A stretch of DNA of 31,438 nt from Candidatus Hydrogenedentota bacterium. GTDB lineage: Bacteria > Hydrogenedentota > Hydrogenedentia > Hydrogenedentales > SLHB01. This document shows, piece by piece, positions 9,611 to 19,100 of the stretch. The stretch is taken from NCBI GenBank assembly GCA_029974275.1, contig JARKSN010000097.1, positions 1 through 31,438 of the forward strand. Direction: 5' to 3'. The position numbers and the translations under genes are program-made. Numbering within the stretch: the first letter of the stretch is position 1; every line of letters begins with the position of its first letter. Below the pieces are notes generated by a model. The model was not told the DNA's origin and made no database searches. It saw only the letters and a list, made by a program, of their open reading frames with translations.

Positions 9611-12213
9611 GGCTGCCTCATCTTCCCCTGCGAAAACGCGCCCATCTTGCCCTTGTTTTCCTGGAACTCCGCGCTCTTGGTGGCGCTCGGACGATAATTC
9701 TCCCGCAAATCGGCCCGTTGCCGGACCTTTTTGATAAACCCTTTTTCAAACAACACATCGATATTCGCGCGATCGAATTCATCCATGCGGTACTGCGTCA
9801 TGCGCTCCAGATCAACCCCCTGCCGAACAATATTGGGCGTGACCAAAATCGCCAGATTGCGTTTGCTGCGATTGGACGCCTTGCTGCGGAACAACCACCC
9901 CAACACCGGCACATCGCCCAACACCGGCGTCTGGTTGATCGTCCGATCCGTGCTCTCGCTCACCAACCCCGCAATCACCCCCGTGCAACCGTCCATGATC
10001 GTCACCTTGTTGGCAACCTTCGACTTCTGCACGGTCGGGCCCACGATATTCACGTCCGCTCCAATGTCGCTGGCGACGGTCTGCGACACCTCAACGCCGA
10101 GATCGAGCAACACGTTGTCGCCCTGGCTGATCTGCGGCGTCACGTTCAACTTGATGCCCACGTCCTCACGGTTCACATTGCTGAACACGCTGCTGTTCAC
10201 CGTCGTCTGGTCCAACGACCGCGAAGAGCCCGTGATGAACGGAACCTCCTGCCCCACAATGAACTCGGCCTTCTCGTTGTCGATCGTGGTCAAGCTCGGC
10301 TGCGATAAAATGTCCAGGTTGGTCACGTTCTGCAACATCGAGATCAACAACGGAATGTTCGGAATCGTGACCGTCCCCCCCGTGCCCGCAGGATTGGATA
10401 TCTTGGTGGTGCCGCTCAACACGCCCACCGTCGTGCCAACGCCGCCCGCCCCCAGCACGCCTCCCTGCAAAATATTGGCCAGCTTCACGACGTTGTTGAG
10501 CGCGAAGGCGTCGTTGGCTTTGAGCGACGTCGATTCGACGCTCAACGTATACTTGTCGCCGATGATCACATCCATGATGATCGCCTCGACATGCACCTGA
10601 CGCGTCGGAATGTCAAGCCGGGCAATCAACTCCCGCAACACCTTGAAATCCTGCGGCGAAGCCAAAATCAACAGCGCATTCGTCCGCTCGTACTTCGTGA
10701 TAATGACTTTCTTCTCGAACGGCTGCACTTCCGCCGTCGCCGCCCCGCCGCCTTGCGGCGCCCCGCCGCCACCCGCGGCGCCCTGACGCGGCGTCGTGCC
10801 AATAACGGCGTTCAACGCTTGCTCCATCTTCTCCGCGTCGGCATTCTGCAGCTCGACAATGTTCATGTTGTTGGCTTCGTACGGCAACTCCTTGTCGAGC
10901 TTCTTGATGAGATCCCGCACCCGCTCCATCATCGCATCCGACGCCTTGACTATCAGGGCGTTCATCCGCTCGTCCGGCGTGATCTGCAACGTCTCCTGCC
11001 GCGTCCCCACCACCATCTGCTGGGGCTGACCCGGCACCGCCGGCCGCGCACCCGGACGCTGCGGAATGACCGGACGTTGCACGACAGCGCCCCCGGCAGG
11101 ATTCGCCGCTCCCGCCGTCGCCCCCAACACATCCAAGACCTGCTGCGCCAAAATCTCCGCCCGCGTATATTCAAGAGGAAAAATCTCGATCCGCGCATCG
11201 TATCCCGGAACATCGAGTTCCTTGAGCAGCTTCAACACATTCCGGATGCCATCGGCATTGTCCGTGATAATCAGCGTATTCGTCTTCGCATAGGCCCTGA
11301 TCTGCGCATTTTTCGACCCCACCGAGGGCAATAAGCTCTGCAATTCGGTCACATCGGCGTGGTTGACGGGAACAATATGCGTGGACACCGTGTCAAAACC
11401 CGCCGGGGCCGCGTCCGCTCCCACCACCAACGGCGGCTTCTCCTGCGCGTCTCCGGTAGGCACAATCTTCACCAGATCGCCGTTGAGCGTGGGAAGCATC
11501 GTATATCCCCGCGAAGAAAGAATGGATTCCAGCACCGCATACGCCATATCGGCGGAAATCTTGCGATGCGCGACAATGGTCACCTTCAAACTGCCGATTT
11601 GAGGATCAATATCGAAATTCCTGCCCGTCATCGCCCCAATCGACTTGACAATCTGAATGAGGTCCGTGTCCTCATAATTGACATCGAAATCTTTCTGCTG
11701 CGTCTCCCCGCCGCTGGGACGGAACGAGGCCTGTCCTCCGCCCGCATTCGCGGCATCCCCCGTCGGCGCGCCAGACGGCGAAACCAATCCCGCAGGCTTG
11801 CCCGGCGCGATCGGCTGAACCGGCGCCGGCATCGGAACGGAAGGCTGAGGCGCCGGAGTCACCGGAACAGACGGGCGCACAGGCAAAATCGGCCTGGGAA
11901 TCGTCGCGCCCGGCATGCGCGGCGCAGCCCCCGTATCCACCGTATCCGGCCCCTGAGGCATCGCTGGTTCGTCCGTATGGATGTCCTCTTCCGGCTCGGG
12001 AGACGGTTCGGGAATCGGTTCGGACTCCACGGCATGAGGGACGGCCACATCCGCGCCCGACACCGCACCGGACGCATCCCCCGGAGCCGGGGGCTGGCCC
12101 CACGCCCCCAACGGAGCCGCTAAGACCCCTAGGCACAACACAAGAACGCCCAAGGCCATCCGAACGCCGCGGCGCGACGCTCCCTCGATTCTCAACGCAA
12201 CTTGAACATGCAT
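9607..12213 (-). CDS. gspD: T2SS secretin D
   Basis: Signal peptide, N0 (VNYEDTDL..IGAMTGRNF), three N-domains (TNTLII, MNALIV, TNALLI), QVHVEAII, DVGIKLNVTPQI, PVLGDVPVLGWLFRS. Confidence 0.96.
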   Translation of the reverse strand: MHVQVALRIEGASRRGVRMALGVLVLCLGVLAAPLGAWGQPPAPGDASGAVSGADVAVPHAVESEPIPEPSPEPEEDIHTDEPAMPQGPDTVDTGAAPRMPGATIPRPILPVRPSVPVTPAPQPSVPMPAPVQPIAPGKPAGLVSPSGAPTGDAANAGGGQASFRPSGGETQQKDFDVNYEDTDLIQIVKSIGAMTGRNFDIDPQIGSLKVTIVAHRKISADMAYAVLESILSSRGYTMLPTLNGDLVKIVPTGDAQEKPPLVVGADAAPAGFDTVSTHIVPVNHADVTELQSLLPSVGSKNAQIRAYAKTNTLIITDNADGIRNVLKLLKELDVPGYDARIEIFPLEYTRAEILAQQVLDVLGATAGAANPAGGAVVQRPVIPQRPGARPAVPGQPQQMVVGTRQETLQITPDERMNALIVKASDAMMERVRDLIKKLDKELPYEANNMNIVELQNADAEKMEQALNAVIGTTPRQGAAGGGGAPQGGGAATAEVQPFEKKVIITKYERTNALLILASPQDFKVLRELIARLDIPTRQVHVEAIIMDVIIGDKYTLSVESTSLKANDAFALNNVVKLANILQGGVLGAGGVGTTVGVLSGTTKISNPAGTGGTVTIPNIPLLISMLQNVTNLDILSQPSLTTIDNEKAEFIVGQEVPFITGSSRSLDQTTVNSSVFSNVNREDVGIKLNVTPQISQGDNVLLDLGVEVSQTVASDIGADVNIVGPTVQKSKVANKVTIMDGCTGVIAGLVSESTDRTINQTPVLGDVPVLGWLFRSKASNRSKRNLAILVTPNIVRQGVDLERMTQYRMDEFDRANIDVLFEKGFIKKVRQRADLRENYRPSATKSAEFQENKGKMGAFSQGKMRQP

Positions 12214-12222
12214 GATCGGGGA

Positions 12223-13140
12223 TCACTCCAGTTTGAAGTTGATCATCTGCGGTTTGCCCTGGCGAAGAACGCCCAACCAAAACGTATTGGCATTCTGAAA
12301 ACGGCTCACAATGTCTGCCAGCTTCTCCATGCTGTCTATCTGCACCCCATTGACCGTCTGGAGCACGTCATTGTCTATCAATCCCAATTTCTGCGCGACC
12401 GGATTGGCGCTTAAGTTGCTCGACGTGATCCCCGCCATCTTGCCATTGGCATCCATGTACGGCATCGGGTTGATTTTCGACAATACGTCCGCGTAGTTGC
12501 CCGAATACTGATCAAACAGTTCCTGCCGATTGAGCGTCACCCCGCCCGGATTGAGTTGGGCGCGCGGCGCAGGCGCAGAAGCCGCCTGAGGCTGCGGGCC
12601 CGCGATGGGGGCCGCGCCTCCCTTATCCTGGTCCAGCTTCAATATTTCCCGGGCGTTCGTCGCCTTGTTCCACAACACGACGCTGCGGGGATATATCTCG
12701 GCAAGGACGACCTGATCTATCAGCGGCTGGTTCAAATAATACGTCTGCGTCTTGCGGACGCTCGGCGCGGAATTCTCTATCACCGCCGTGCCCAGCGGAT
12801 CGGTCGGAAATGCGGCCGCCGTGCCCAATAACCGCAACGGAAGCGACGTTTCCACCACCGGCGTCTCGACAGGCGCCGCAACCGCCTCGGGAGCCTTCGC
12901 CCCGCCTAGGCCAGCGTCTCCAAAGAGTCCGCTCTTCATGATCGCGGCGTACTCTTCCAACGGCCCAACGCCCGCCACCGCGACTCTCTCCGAGGCTTCC
13001 CCTCCCTGGTTCAATGGCGTAAACGCCAACGGCTCCTCGAACCACTTCATCACGGCAAAACAAGCCGCCACGGCCACTACAACCGCTAACGCGATATCCA
13101 ACGCGGCAAATGCCTGCCGTATGACGACTTCCTTAATCAT
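12223..13140 (-). CDS. gspC: T2SS protein C with C-terminal PDZ domain
   Basis: N-terminal TM; HR domain ETSLPLRLLGT..AVIEN; PDZ-like KLGLIDNDVLQTVNG...VLRQGKP; first gene before gspD. Confidence 0.88.
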   Translation of the reverse strand: MIKEVVIRQAFAALDIALAVVVAVAACFAVMKWFEEPLAFTPLNQGGEASERVAVAGVGPLEEYAAIMKSGLFGDAGLGGAKAPEAVAAPVETPVVETSLPLRLLGTAAAFPTDPLGTAVIENSAPSVRKTQTYYLNQPLIDQVVLAEIYPRSVVLWNKATNAREILKLDQDKGGAAPIAGPQPQAASAPAPRAQLNPGGVTLNRQELFDQYSGNYADVLSKINPMPYMDANGKMAGITSSNLSANPVAQKLGLIDNDVLQTVNGVQIDSMEKLADIVSRFQNANTFWLGVLRQGKPQMINFKLE

Positions 13141-13350
13141 ATGACAGGGTGCGGCCCCCTCGGTTTTCCACCATGCCCCACGCCCTGTTCGTACTCACGC
13201 ACAACCCCTTGCGTTCTCTTGGGCCCATCGCATACGCAGGAACACCCCCCTCGCAGACGCAGCCTTCTACCTAACGCCTTGATCCGCTTCAAAGTTGACG
13301 AAGAATCAGCATGATTCCTGGCATGAACCATGCGCCGTCTCCCGTGCATC

Positions 13351-13379
13351 AGTGTAGCGAGTTCCACGCCGCAATGCAA
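13351..13379 (-). promoter_or_regulatory. Candidate sigma70-type promoter of the gsp operon
   Basis: Minus strand TTGCAT-N17-TACACT, about 210 nt upstream of gspC and downstream of a terminator. Confidence 0.55.
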
Positions 13380-13500
13380 TCAGGAAAGACCACACAACCA
13401 CACCATATTGTGGATCGCGCACCGGATCCCCAAACATCTCGCTTTACTAACCGGACAATATCTCCCAAAAACATTCTTGCCGCAACCGGCCCTTTCTCTC

Positions 13501-13535
13501 AAAAAGTCCCCCCGGAGATAAGGCACCCGGGGGGA
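13501..13535 (-). terminator. Rho-independent terminator after the secreted-protein operon
   Basis: Minus strand TCCCCCCGG-N11-CCGGGGGGA followed by CTTTTT, 30 nt after the stop at 13566. Confidence 0.75.
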
Positions 13536-13565
13536 ACGAAACCGTTTGAGCGTCACATGCGCCGT

Positions 13566-15959
13566 TTACTTCCGATGGCCAGACTTTGCCTCTGCGTTCA
13601 CGAGTTCGCGGACATGTTTCTTAAAATCCTCCAACGCCACCGGCAACGGCTCCCCGCCGCCCTTCGTCCGCGCCGACGCCCCCTCCGGCGCGTCGATCTT
13701 CGCTCCAGCCTTCCCGTTCGATTTCGCGGCTTGAAGCGCATAGTCCGCATCCCGCGTGCCGCCCTTCAACGTTTTCACGCCGGTCTTCGGGTCGGTCACA
13801 ATCGCATACTTGCCCCGCTCTCCAGCCACGACATGCATGCCATTCGGAACGCGCTCGAGGAAAAGGAGCGCCTCCTCGCCCTCCGCGAATTTCGCCAATC
13901 CCACCGCATCCGTCACAATCGCGCCCATCCGTCCCCCAATCTGCCGGAACTGAATCGCGCCGCCTTTGTTCATACGCCCCTTGAGCGTATCGTTCACCTC
14001 GACGGTAATGTCCGTCACGATGGTGGTTCCCTTCTCGTCCCAATGCGTATGCACGGTCTTCACCCTGCCCGCGACAATATCGTCGGACATGCCCACCATA
14101 TCCTGGGTCGTAAAATGGCGGAACTGCGCTGAAACCGGCCCGCCCGTGCCCACCATCGCCGCCAACAACAAGGGAAGCAACGTCGCTGCGGCCCGGCGGC
14201 GACGAATCAGCAACACAAGACCCGCCACGGCCCCACCTGCAACGCCTATTGCCAACCCGACGAACACCCCATGCATAGACGCCCACTCCAAACCTCGCGC
14301 CGCCTCGCGCACGGCATGAAACACCCTGCCATGACGCACCAGATAATGCACCATCGCGGGCGACGCGCCATAGTACGCATCCGCCACCGCCGCGCCAATC
14401 GCCGTGTGCAACAACGCCGCATCCCGAACCTTGCGCAACAACTGGGGCGTACGATTGGTCGGAATCCCCGCCGTCGCGGCCGCAAGCACGCAGGTCTGGT
14501 TCTGATCCCCAAACATCGGCCTCGTCCCCGGAAGCATCTGTTCCAGCGTCTTGCCGGAATCCATGCTGACGATTTGCCGCCGCACCGAGTCGAACATCAG
14601 CGGCGTGCCCTGGTTGCGGCGCTCGATGCTCAACAGGTTGCCGCCTTCCCGGAAGGTCTGGGAAGGATACCCCGTGTCAAAAACATATCCCGAACCTAAG
14701 GAATGCGTCGAATCAAAATCCTCGTTCGGGCGCTGCGTGGTCGTGTACAACGCGCTGAGCGTAAAGACGTAATTAGCGTTGAAGACCTCTCCCCCCTCCG
14801 TCTGGAGCAGTTTGAAGAGGTTTTTCATGCTGAAACGCCCCCGGAGATGACTGTTGTAATTGTTGTTGGCGACATACAGGCTCGTCAACGTATCCATGAA
14901 CGCCACGCGCGCCGTATTGGGGTTGTTGTCCGCATCGCACCACGCAACGACATGTCCGCCCGCCACCGGAGAAGACGGAAAACCGCTTCGCGTCATCGTC
15001 CGCGCTTCCTGGGAAAGATCGAAAAATTCGTCCATGTTGGCGCGGGGATACAGATAGGTGATGCCCGCGATATCGTCCGGCGCCAAATCCATCAACGTCG
15101 ACGTATACACGCCGCCGCCATCGTCATAGTACACAAGCCCCTTCGCCATCGTCGGCGTCACGCCCACCTTTTCCAAACTGCCCGACCTGCCCGGAAGCCA
15201 TACCACGCGCGACTCGATGTCCCTCGGGTCCCCCTGCAACACGCTCTCGTCGAGATTCGTCAAGGGACTATCTGCCAGCCCCATCGTCGTTCCGCCCGCC
15301 CACACGGCAACGCCATCCAAGGGAAGCGGAGACTGCTCCCCTTCCACCGCCGGGCGAATCGCCGGGCCCTCAAACACAATGTCCACTTCAATAACCTGAC
15401 CGCCCGTCACCTCCACCGTGTAATCGCCTAACGTTAGGGTCGTATCCTCGAGAACATACGATGGATAGCAGATGGCGCCTATCCCGGCGGGGAGATTCTG
15501 CGCCTCGCCCCCGACCTGAACGGCGCAATAATTGTAAAAGTCGATAGCGCCCGGAGAAAGCCCCGTGTTGGTCTCCAACACATCGGGCGGATTGGGAAGG
15601 GTCTGTCCATAGCGAAAACGCACGTACGCCGTGGATACCCGCTCCCATACCCCCAACCCTTCCTTCACTTTCTCGATCTCGGCGGAGGTCCACCCCAACG
15701 CGCCCGTCTCAAACGTAATCTCCACGCCTTCGCCCGGACCAATATCGCCATCTCCGTTGACATCCAAGTACGACAAAGGCCACCGGGGTATGATGAGGTT
15801 GCCCTCTGCCGTGAACTCCCCACGGGGATAGAAGGCCAGCGCGCCCGGAGCGAACGCCAAGACCGCAATCACGGCGCATGCCGCGATCCAACCCGCGCCA
15901 ACCCGCGCTTGATCACGCGTCGCCATTGCCCGACCGCCAGAGTTGAGGCTTGTTTTCAC
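13566..15959 (-). CDS. Secreted multidomain protein: inactive matrixin-like domain, degenerate CFI-box-CTERM plus TM, internal signal peptide, C-terminal beta domain
   Basis: Signal peptide ending APGALA; DVNGDGDI Ca-binding-like loop; GLGVWERVS..VRFRY, EVDIVF, PTM and LAPDDIAGITYLYP match the matrixin (M10) frame; CVLAAATAG..LRKVRD..AYYGASP CFI-like box; TM-RRRR-hydrophobic-VSA. Start is GTG 15959 or ATG 15926. Confidence 0.8.
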   Translation of the reverse strand: MKTSLNSGGRAMATRDQARVGAGWIAACAVIAVLAFAPGALAFYPRGEFTAEGNLIIPRWPLSYLDVNGDGDIGPGEGVEITFETGALGWTSAEIEKVKEGLGVWERVSTAYVRFRYGQTLPNPPDVLETNTGLSPGAIDFYNYCAVQVGGEAQNLPAGIGAICYPSYVLEDTTLTLGDYTVEVTGGQVIEVDIVFEGPAIRPAVEGEQSPLPLDGVAVWAGGTTMGLADSPLTNLDESVLQGDPRDIESRVVWLPGRSGSLEKVGVTPTMAKGLVYYDDGGGVYTSTLMDLAPDDIAGITYLYPRANMDEFFDLSQEARTMTRSGFPSSPVAGGHVVAWCDADNNPNTARVAFMDTLTSLYVANNNYNSHLRGRFSMKNLFKLLQTEGGEVFNANYVFTLSALYTTTQRPNEDFDSTHSLGSGYVFDTGYPSQTFREGGNLLSIERRNQGTPLMFDSVRRQIVSMDSGKTLEQMLPGTRPMFGDQNQTCVLAAATAGIPTNRTPQLLRKVRDAALLHTAIGAAVADAYYGASPAMVHYLVRHGRVFHAVREAARGLEWASMHGVFVGLAIGVAGGAVAGLVLLIRRRRAAATLLPLLLAAMVGTGGPVSAQFRHFTTQDMVGMSDDIVAGRVKTVHTHWDEKGTTIVTDITVEVNDTLKGRMNKGGAIQFRQIGGRMGAIVTDAVGLAKFAEGEEALLFLERVPNGMHVVAGERGKYAIVTDPKTGVKTLKGGTRDADYALQAAKSNGKAGAKIDAPEGASARTKGGGEPLPVALEDFKKHVRELVNAEAKSGHRK

Positions 15960-16131
15960 GATATTCTTCCCTTCCGCCTTAGTCTTACTGGCCTACCAGA
16001 CTCTCCTGCCGCCAGGACGCCCGCTCTCGTTCTTTCCGCGACCCTTGTTCGTGCGGCGGTCTCCAGACCTGCCCCGCGTTCGCAGCACTCGAGAGAGCCG
16101 GACGGGGAAAGCCATTGTCTCTCTGAAACCC

Positions 16132-19100
16132 CTAACGCCTTGCCGACGCCCGGCACGCTCGCCGCCTCCGGACAACAAGGCCCAGCGCGAACAACCCAAA
16201 CGGCGTCAGCGACAAAACCGGCCCTTCCAGCAACCATGCCAAGGGCGTCAAAACGCCGCGCACCACGCGAGCCGCGCCCGGATGCGTCGCCACATAATCC
16301 GCAATCGCAGGACTCGTGGCGTAGTATCCCTCCACCAACGCGGTCCCAGCGGCAGACTTCAACAATACGTCGTCGCGAAACACGCGGAACGTCCCCAAGC
16401 GATCGGCAAAGGGCGTGCCATACGCCGCCGTCGCAATGAAACATGCCCGCCGAGCCGGCGTGACCGGAGCGTTCAGGTACGTAAAGGCCCTCACCGCCAC
16501 ATCCGCTTGCTGCGAGGATCCATTCCGCACCGTCACGTCGAGCGCCCCAGTTGTCGTGATCCCCGTAACCGGGAACCCCACCGTAATCTTGGTCGGCGTC
16601 CAACTGATTATCGGCATGAGCGTCGTGCCGAAATACACCACCGGTTGATCAAAATTCGCGCCGTATATTTCCACCGGGAAGTCCGACCCGACGCCTTGGC
16701 TCGGCGAGACGGACGTGATGCGAGGCCCATCCGGAAACGTCTCGTTCACGGCGCGCAGCAAATCCACCCGGGAAGCCGAATTTCCGTTCGCGACATTGCG
16801 CACGGTAAGCACCAGAGAACCAAGAGGATACGTCGTTCCTCCTGGTATCAAGAGGCTGATGGAATTGTCCGTGCCGCCGGTGCGGGTCACCGCCACGCCT
16901 CCAATGGTCACCTGCGGCGCGCTGCCGAATCCGCTTCCGTAGACAGCCAAGGTGAAACCGCCAGCCGGCGTCACCGTAGGCACCTTGCTCGTGGAAGTGG
17001 AATCGATCACCACATCGTTCGGCCCTGGCACTCTTTCCTCGACGGTAATGATATTCGTCTGCTTGGCTTGGGCCACGGTCGACCGAATCCACTTGAAACC
17101 GCTGGGATCGGGCGCTTCCTTGAACATGGTGATGAAACCAACGGCCCGCTCGCCCCACGGAAATTCGCTGAAGATATCATACTCGTCCGGAGGTTGGATG
17201 GGCGGAGGCGGATCGGTGAATTGGTCCGGATCGGGTTCCGTCGGAGTGCTCGGCCCCCACGAAACGATCGCCACCCGGAACCGATCGCCATAACTGATCG
17301 TGCTCGACGTTCGAAGCACCACGAAAAATTCAGGGCCATAGTCCGCATCGGCGAGGGTGCGGCCAAAACTGTCCGGAACCCACTGCCGCAATTGCGGTTG
17401 GTCCGCCAGCGGAACCGGCAAATTATCCGTCCCCGGCGACGAAAACACGAACTTCACTTGCTTGCGGTTTTCGCCCACGTTTCCGATGTACGCCGGCGGA
17501 TCATCCAACTCGATGGGGATGTCGATGCCGGGATCGAATTGTCCCTGCCGATTCGCGGGATTGAACCGATTGTCGCGGTAGAGGGCCACGCCGCTCTTGG
17601 CCTGGTCCTTGTCCAACGGCAAGACGTCGTTGAAACCAAACACGCCGCTGCCGGCGATGTCGTACAGTTCGACAATGACCTGCTCCAGGAAGGTGGGATC
17701 GATGGCAATCTGCCACCGCCCGTCGCTGGGCATGCCCCCGCGCAGGACGAGTTGGTTGCTGGTGTTGCTCAGGATTTCAAAGCTCTTGTATGCGCTGTCG
17801 ACAAGCCAATAGCCTGCATACGCGTTCGGAGCCCAGTTGGCGCCGCTCACGTTGAACTGGCCCGTTCCCCCGAAACCAAAGCCGCCGCTCGCGGCCGTCC
17901 CCTCCGCGCCTCGGTTCGTCGAAACATCCAGCCCCAACACGGCTATGGGTTGGCTGCTCCGCTGAATCTTCTGATCAGGACCCGTCAAATTGACGATCTT
18001 GCACGCCACATTCGCCACCAGCATCTCGTTCTCGTAGAACCCCTGAAATGGGCTTTCTTCGGGATGCGCCTTCAGGAAGGCCCCGGCGCTTGAATAGGTC
18101 TGCGGCTCGAATCGGAACCCCGCCACTTGCTGGTCCGGCGTGCCCCGGGACGGCAACCCCGCCGGCACGAAAGCCTTGAACGCCTCGAAACGTTTCAGCG
18201 AGTCCGACGTCGACACGACCAAGAACAAGTTGTCGCCTTCGCTGCCCGACGGCGTCAGAACCTTCTCGCGCCCCGCCGCCGCCTGCGCTTTTTCCACATC
18301 GATCAGCAGGGTCTTCTTGGCGCTGGCGCGCGATTTTCGCTCCGCCGACACGACCGGTGAATCGGCTTCCAGCGCGTCGGGCGCGGCATCTTCCCCAACG
18401 TCTCCGCGTTTCGCCGCTTTCTCCTGCGCGGCCTTGCGCAACGAACTGCCCACCACGGAATTCGAGTTGGGAACGCGCCACCGCGTATTGAAATCAAGCC
18501 GCACCACCCACGCCTTGTCTTTGTCATTCAAAAGACCATCGCCGTTGATATCGTTGGGCGCCCAGTTGCCCGATTGGTCCACTTGACCATCGACGTTGAC
18601 GAATTCCGGCGCGTCGGGCCACTGCAAATTCGACAGCGGCACGACCCGGTCCAGCCCTAGCTCGCCTCCAAAAATGCCGTCCCCATCCGCGTCCTCATAC
18701 AGCAAAATGCCCGAACTCAGACTTACGCCGGACGGGTCCAGCGCGGCCAAATCGGTCGGCTGAAAATCCGTTCCCCAAAAGGCCACGGTGACCTGGTTCA
18801 AATACTGCTGGTTGAGCCGGTTCGTCGCAGGGTCGTTCGCGGCGGCCAACGCAAACCCCAACAAGGGCGTTGGCCGGCTGAGAATGTCGGTGTGCTGCCG
18901 CAAAATGCGGGCCGCTCGATCCTGCGGGCGCCAATCCGTGGCGCGGGGATACTGCCCCACCGGCAGCGTGGCCGGGGGATTCTGAAACGGCATCCACGTG
19001 GAATAGGTCGGCGCCGTCGGCGCCGTCGGCGGGAAGGCGTAGAACGCAGAGCGCGGACCATTCGGCGGCAAGTCTCTTCCACTTATGAAGAACGGCACGG

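Noticed and set aside
744..13140. Type IV pilus interpretation of the gsp cluster
   Set aside because: GspC, GspK and a canonical GspG are present and there is no PilT, which indicates a T2SS.
15956..16603. 215-aa minus-strand ORF bridging the two secreted genes
   Set aside because: Alternative frame overlapping the CFI-box end of the giant gene; no recognisable features.
7868..18093. Long plus-strand ORFs such as 7868-9697, 9731-10600 and 15943-18093
   Set aside because: Antisense to well-supported minus-strand genes; composition typical of shadow frames.
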